Positions 57,109 to 64,000 of a DNA stretch of 64,000 nucleotides are shown piece by piece (positions within the stretch are counted from its first letter, which is position 1; each line of letters opens with the position of its first letter). The notes beneath the pieces are model-generated. The model saw only the letters and a program-made list of their open reading frames with translations, ran no database searches and was not told the DNA's origin. Both the position numbers and the translations under genes were made by a program. The DNA comes from Eledone cirrhosa. Its lineage: Eukaryota. The stretch spans positions 192,634,001-192,698,000 of the forward strand of contig OZ024740.1 in assembly GCA_964016885.1 (NCBI GenBank). Direction: 5' to 3'.

Positions 57109-57386
57109 GCACATATACATACACACATATATATATATATATACAAACAAGCAAAATATAAAGTATACATCGATATACATACATATAGACATATAAATAA
57201 ATACACACGCATACACACACATACATATACATACATATACATACACATATATATAAACACATACATATACATACATATACATACACATACCATATAAATA
57301 CACATACACATACACAGCCGCATACATATAGAGACACATACATATACACATATAAATACATAGACACATACATACATAAACACATA

Positions 57387-57426
<40 letters not shown>

Positions 57427-57451
57427 TATAACACACATATACACATACACG

Positions 57452-57541
<90 letters not shown>

Positions 57542-57669
57542 CACACATATACATATACACACGCATATATATATATATATATACACTCACAACACTCGTA
57601 TATATATACACACACTCATACATATACACACATATACATATACATACATATATATATATATACATATAC

Positions 57670-57707
<38 letters not shown>

Positions 57708-57857
57708 ATATACAGTCACATCTACATACATATATATATATATATAAAAATACACTCATATATATACACACATACACATACATACCCATATATAAATATA
57801 TATATATACATAAATATATATACACACATACACACACACACACACACACATACATAC

Positions 57858-57947
<90 letters not shown>

Positions 57948-58125
57948 GTATGTATGTGTGTGTGTGTGTGTGTGTATGTGTGTATATATATTAATGTATA
58001 TATATATATTTATATATGGGTATGTATGTGTATGTGTGTATATATATTTATATATGGGTATGTATGTGTATGTGTGTATATATATGAGTGTATTTTTATA
58101 TATATATATATGTATGTAGATGTGA

Positions 58126-58168
<43 letters not shown>

Positions 58169-58635
58169 TACATACACATACATACACATATACACACATA
58201 CATATATATTCACACACACACACCTACACATACATACACATACACATATATAAAGATATATATACACACATACACACACACACATATATAATAAATATAT
58301 ATATATATATATATACATATATATACATATACATACATATATACATACATACATACACATACATACATATATATACACACATATACATACACACATACAC
58401 ACATACATACATACACACACACATACATACACACACATACATACTCATACATAGACATAGATATATATTCACACACACATACGCACTTACATATACGCAT
58501 ATATACAAATACATACGCATCCATATATGCGTATATACATACAAACACCACTACACTCTCGCACAACTCAGACATACAAAGAAAAAGGTATATACATATA
58601 CACATATACACATATAAATAGAGATATATATACAC

Positions 58636-58700
<65 letters not shown>

Positions 58701-59668
58701 CACATACATATACATACATACACATATACACACATACATATATAGTCACACACACACACCTACACATACATACACATACACATATATAAAGATATATAAT
58801 ACACACATACACACAAATACATATATAATAAATATATATATATATATATATATACATATATATATACATATACATACATATATACATACATACACACACA
58901 TACATACATATATATACACAAATATATACACACATACACACATACATACATACACACACACATACATACACACACATACATACTCATACATAGACATAGA
59001 TATATATTCACACACACATACGCACTTACATATACGCATATATACAAATACATACGCATCCATATATGCGTATATACATACAAATACCACTACACTCTCA
59101 CACAACTCAGACATACAAAGAAAAAGGTATATACATATACATATATACACATATAAATAGAGATACATATACACATATATATATATATATACATACATAT
59201 ATATATATACCCACACACACATACAACCATAAACACACATACAAACACATACATACACACATATATACATATATATACACACACACAAAGACACACATAC
59301 ACATATATATTTATATATATATATATATATACACATTTTCACACATATACATATACACATAAATTATATTATAATAATAAATAATATATATATATACATA
59401 TACAAATATATACATACATAGACATACATATATATACACACACACACACACTCACATATATATGCGCGCATACGTACACATATAGACATACACACATATA
59501 CACATAAACATATACATGTGCATACATGTACATACACACATATACCCACATAGATACGAAGATACACATATATATAGAGAGACATACATATACATACACA
59601 TATATACACACACATACATACACACATATATATACACATACATACACGCACACACACACATACATATT

Positions 59669-59705
<37 letters not shown>

Positions 59706-61781
59706 GCATATATATATATATATATATATACACACAATCATACATCCTTATTTGCATGCGCATATATGTATTTTTATACTTAGATATAAACACCCAAACA
59801 TATATACACCTACCTACATATATATTCATACATACACGCTTACAAATACAGATAATAACAGTAGGGGGAAGGGGGGGAGAAGGGGATTATAGTAAATATA
59901 TGTTTCAAGAAACATAGAATATTAATCTGTATTTGGATCTCAATATGTGTTTACATAGTTTCAGTATTAGGAAATGCAAAATTATGCATTTCAATATAAG
60001 TATACCATTAATTATAGGTTAACTAAACTAAAGATAGTTAACATATTGATTTCTAAGGTGTAAATTACTTGGGTTTATAATATTTGAAGCAGAATTTTGA
60101 AGTTAAATAGTAGTAGAGTATTAATTATAGTATAACTAAATTAAAATTATTAACGTTATGGTATCAATATTAGGAAATGAATTTAGTAATAGGGAAAAAA
60201 CAAATAAAGTATTACATCGGTAGTAGAATATAAATTATAGGTTAACTAAATTAAAAATTATATATTAATTTCTATAGTATATGTTAATTAGGTATATAAT
60301 AAATAAAACAGATATTATATGGCTAATACAACATCTCTAGCAGAAAAAATCAATAGTTATAAAAATAAGAATATAGAATATGATTTGACCTGGAGTGTGC
60401 TCAAAAGAGCCACCCCTTATCAAAATAATAGAAATGAATGTAGATTATGTTCCCAAGAACTATTTGAAATAATGAAATCTAAGGATATCCTATTAAATAA
60501 ACGACAGGAATTAATTATATCGTGTAATCATAAACTAAAAAAAACATTTAAATATTATAAACCTAATTAATAACATTATTTTAGAAATTAATATATAATT
60601 TAATTTAAATGTTAGTTAACCTATAAATTTAATTTAATTAAAATTCTACTACAGATGAGAATATAAAATATTGTGTAATCATAAATTGTGAAAAACCTTT
60701 AAATATTACTAATATATACTTAGTAATTTAATTTATAGATTAATTTTAATTTATTTAACCCTTTATTAAAATTCCTTTACAGATAAAATATAACAAAATA
60801 TCGTATATTCAAGGACAGAGAAATAATTTTTAGTATTATAGACCTAATTAATATACATTTTAGAAATATATTTATAATTTGGTTTTAAATTTAGTCAACC
60901 TAAAAATTTAATTTATTGGCTTAAAATTAGTATCCTAATACAGACGGATTGCAGAGTGTCATGTAATCATAGAATGGGATGTGTTTTGGATGTATACCTA
61001 ATTAATATATTCTTTGCAATTTTTGAAAAAATATGTATATGTATGTATATATATGTATGTGTATGTATGTATATATATGTGTATATATATATATGTATGT
61101 ATATGTATATATATGTATGTATTAGTTTTGATTTCTGTTTACATATAATTATATTCTGCTATTGATAAAATACAATATCTGTTTTATTTATTATATACCT
61201 AATTAACATATACTATAGAAATTAATATATAATTTTTAATTTAGTTAACCTATAATTTATATTCTACTACCGATGTAATACTTTATTTGTTTTTTCCCTA
61301 TTACTAAATTCATTTCCTAATATTGATACCATAACGTTAATAATTTTAATTTAGTTATACTATAATTAATACTCTACTACTATTTAACTTCAAAATTCTG
61401 CTTCAAATATTATAAACCTAAGTAATTTACACCTTAGAAATCAATATGTTAACTATCTTTAGTTTAGTTAACCTATAATTAATGGTATACTTATATTGAA
61501 ATGCATAATTTTGCATTTCCTAATACTGAAACTATGTAAACACATATTGAGATCCAAATACAGATTAATATTCTATGTTTCTTGAAACATATATTTACTA
61601 TAACCCCCCCCCCCCCCTTCCCCCTACTATTATTATCTGTATTTGTAAGCGTGTATGTATGAATATATATGTAGGTAGGTGTATATATGTTTGGGTGTTT
61701 ATATCTAAGTATAAAAATACATATATGCGCATGCAAATAAGGATGTATGATTGTGTGTATATATATATATATATATGCATG

Positions 61782-61822
<41 letters not shown>

Positions 61823-62779
61823 GTGTGTGTGCGTGTATGTATGTGTATATATATGTGTGTATGTATGTGTGTGTATATATGTGTATGTATATGTATGTCT
61901 CTCTATATATATGTGTATCTTCGTATCTATGTGGGTATATGTGTGTATGTACATGTATGCACATGTATATGTTTATGTGTATATGTGTGTGTCTATATGT
62001 GTACGTATGCGCGCATATATATGTGAGTGTGTGTGTGTGTGTATATATATGTATGTCTATGTATGTATATATTTGTATATGTATATATATATATTATTTA
62101 TTATTATAATATAATTTATGTGTATATGTATATGTGTGAAAATGTGTATATATATATATATATATATAAATATATATGTGTATGTGTGTCTTTGTGTGTG
62201 TGTATATATATGTATATATGTGTGTATGTATGTGTTTGTATGTGTGTTTATGGTTGTATGTGTGTGTGGGTATATATATATATGTATGTATATATATATA
62301 TATATATATGTGTATATGTATCTCTATTTATGTGTGTATATATGTATATGTATATACCTTTTTCTTTGTATGTCTGAGGTGTGAGAGTGTAGTGGTGTTT
62401 GTATGTATATACGCATATATGGATGCGTATGTATTTGTATATATGCGTATATGTAAGTGCGTATGTGTGTGTGAATATATATCTATGTCTATGTATGAGT
62501 ATGTATGTGTGTGTATGTATGTGTGTGTGTATGTATGTATGTGTGTATGTGTGTATATATTTGTGTATATATATGTATGTATGTGTATGTATGTATGTAT
62601 ATATGTATGTATATGTATATATATATGTATATATATATATATATATATTTATTATATATGTATGTGTGTGTATGTGTGTATTATATATCTTTATATATGT
62701 GTATGTGTATGTATGTGTAGGTGTGTGTGTGTGACTATATATGTATGTGTGTATATGTGTATGTATGTATATGTATGTG

Positions 62780-62852
<73 letters not shown>

Positions 62853-63319
62853 GTGTAGATATATCTCTATTTATATGTGTATATGTGTATATGTATATAC
62901 CTTTTTCTTTGTATGTCTGAGTTGTGTGAGAGTGTAGTGGTGTTTGTATGTATATACGCATATATGGATGCGTATGTATTTGTATATATGCGTATATGTA
63001 AGTGCGTATGTGTGTGTGAATATATATCTATGTCTATGTATGAGTTTGTATGTGTGTGTATGTATGTGTGTGTGTATGTATGTATGTGTGTATGTGTGTA
63101 TGTATATGTGTGTATATATATGTATGTATGTGTATGTATGTATGTATATATGTATGTATATGTATATATATGTATATATATATATATATATATTTATTAT
63201 ATATGTGTGTGTGTGTATGTGTGTATATATATCTTTATATATGTGTATGTGTATGTATGTGTAGGTGTGTGTGTGTGAATATATATGTATGTGTGTATAT
63301 GTGTATGTATGTGTATGTA

Positions 63320-63409
<90 letters not shown>

Positions 63410-63569
63410 TGTATGTATGTGTGTGTGTGTGTGTGTGTATGTGTGTATATATATGTATTTATGTATATATATATATTTATATATGGATATGTATGTGTAT
63501 GTGTGTATATATATGAGTGTATTTTTATATATATATATATGTATGTAGATGTGACTGTATATATATGTG

Positions 63570-63605
<36 letters not shown>

Positions 63606-63609
63606 TATA

Positions 63610-63655
<46 letters not shown>

Positions 63656-63682
63656 CGTGTATGTGTATATGTGTGTTATAAA

Positions 63683-63722
<40 letters not shown>

Positions 63723-64000
63723 TATGTGTTTATGTATGTATGTGTCTATGTATTTATATGTGTATATGTATGTGTCTCTATATGTATGCGGCTGTGTATG
63801 TGTATGTGTATTTATATGGTATGTGTATGTATATGTATGTATATGTATGTGTTTATATATATGTGTATGTATATGTATGAATATGTATGTGTGTGTATGC
63901 GTGTGTATTTATTTATATGTCTATATGTATGTATATCGATGTATACTTTATATTTTGCTTGTTTGTATATATATATATATGTGTGTGTATGTATATGTGC
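57109..64000. repeat. Giant inverted repeat (arms 57109-60316 / 61174->64000) of TA/CA-rich sequence around a PLE 3' tip
   Basis: Unique anchors mirror each other (e.g. aaataaaacagatatt / aatatctgttttattt; cagacatacaaagaaaaaggta / tacctttttctttgtatgtctg; caagcaaaatataaagtatacatcg / its reverse complement near 63940). Confidence 0.9.
60319..60570 (+). pseudogene. C-terminal tip of a Hydra-like PLE GIY-YIG endonuclease
   Basis: TSLAEKI..LTWSVLKRATPY..CRLCSQELFEI..LLNKRQELIISCNHK; homologous to the C-termini ending at ~17035 and ~21660. Confidence 0.85.

Noticed and set aside
56404-63721. Dozens of long YI/CV/HT-repeat ORFs, here and at 14, 32, 38, 49 and 55 kb
   Set aside because: They are translations of (TA)n/(CA)n tracts that lack stops; there is no coding signal.

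Overview
Gene-free, AT-rich, microsatellite-dense eukaryotic DNA, most likely from an octopus/cephalopod (judged from a recognisable tRNA-derived SINE at ~9.3 kb and the repeat landscape). No intact host gene or intact protein-coding ORF could be supported. 0-10 kb is a nest of (AAT)n-associated non-LTR retrotransposons: R4/Dong-like RLE fragments and a full-length but frameshifted Tx1/L1-clade LINE with a 12-bp TSD. From 14 kb to the end the window is dominated by decayed Penelope-like elements (PLEs: Hydra-like YRDD type, Neptune-like and others) sitting in (TA)n tracts, many as fold-back (inverted pseudo-LTR) insertions with arms from ~50 bp to >2.8 kb. There is also a non-autonomous Helitron with Pif1 remnants and a ~730-bp tandem array. 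The most notable unannotated signal is about 20 intact or decayed type I hammerhead ribozyme (HHR) motifs. These include canonical minimal ones, compensatory U3-A8 core variants, HHRs with long structured helix-II extensions, and an ORF-less ~400-440 bp HHR-bearing tandem module resembling a retrozyme. All coordinates and folds were read by eye and are approximate.
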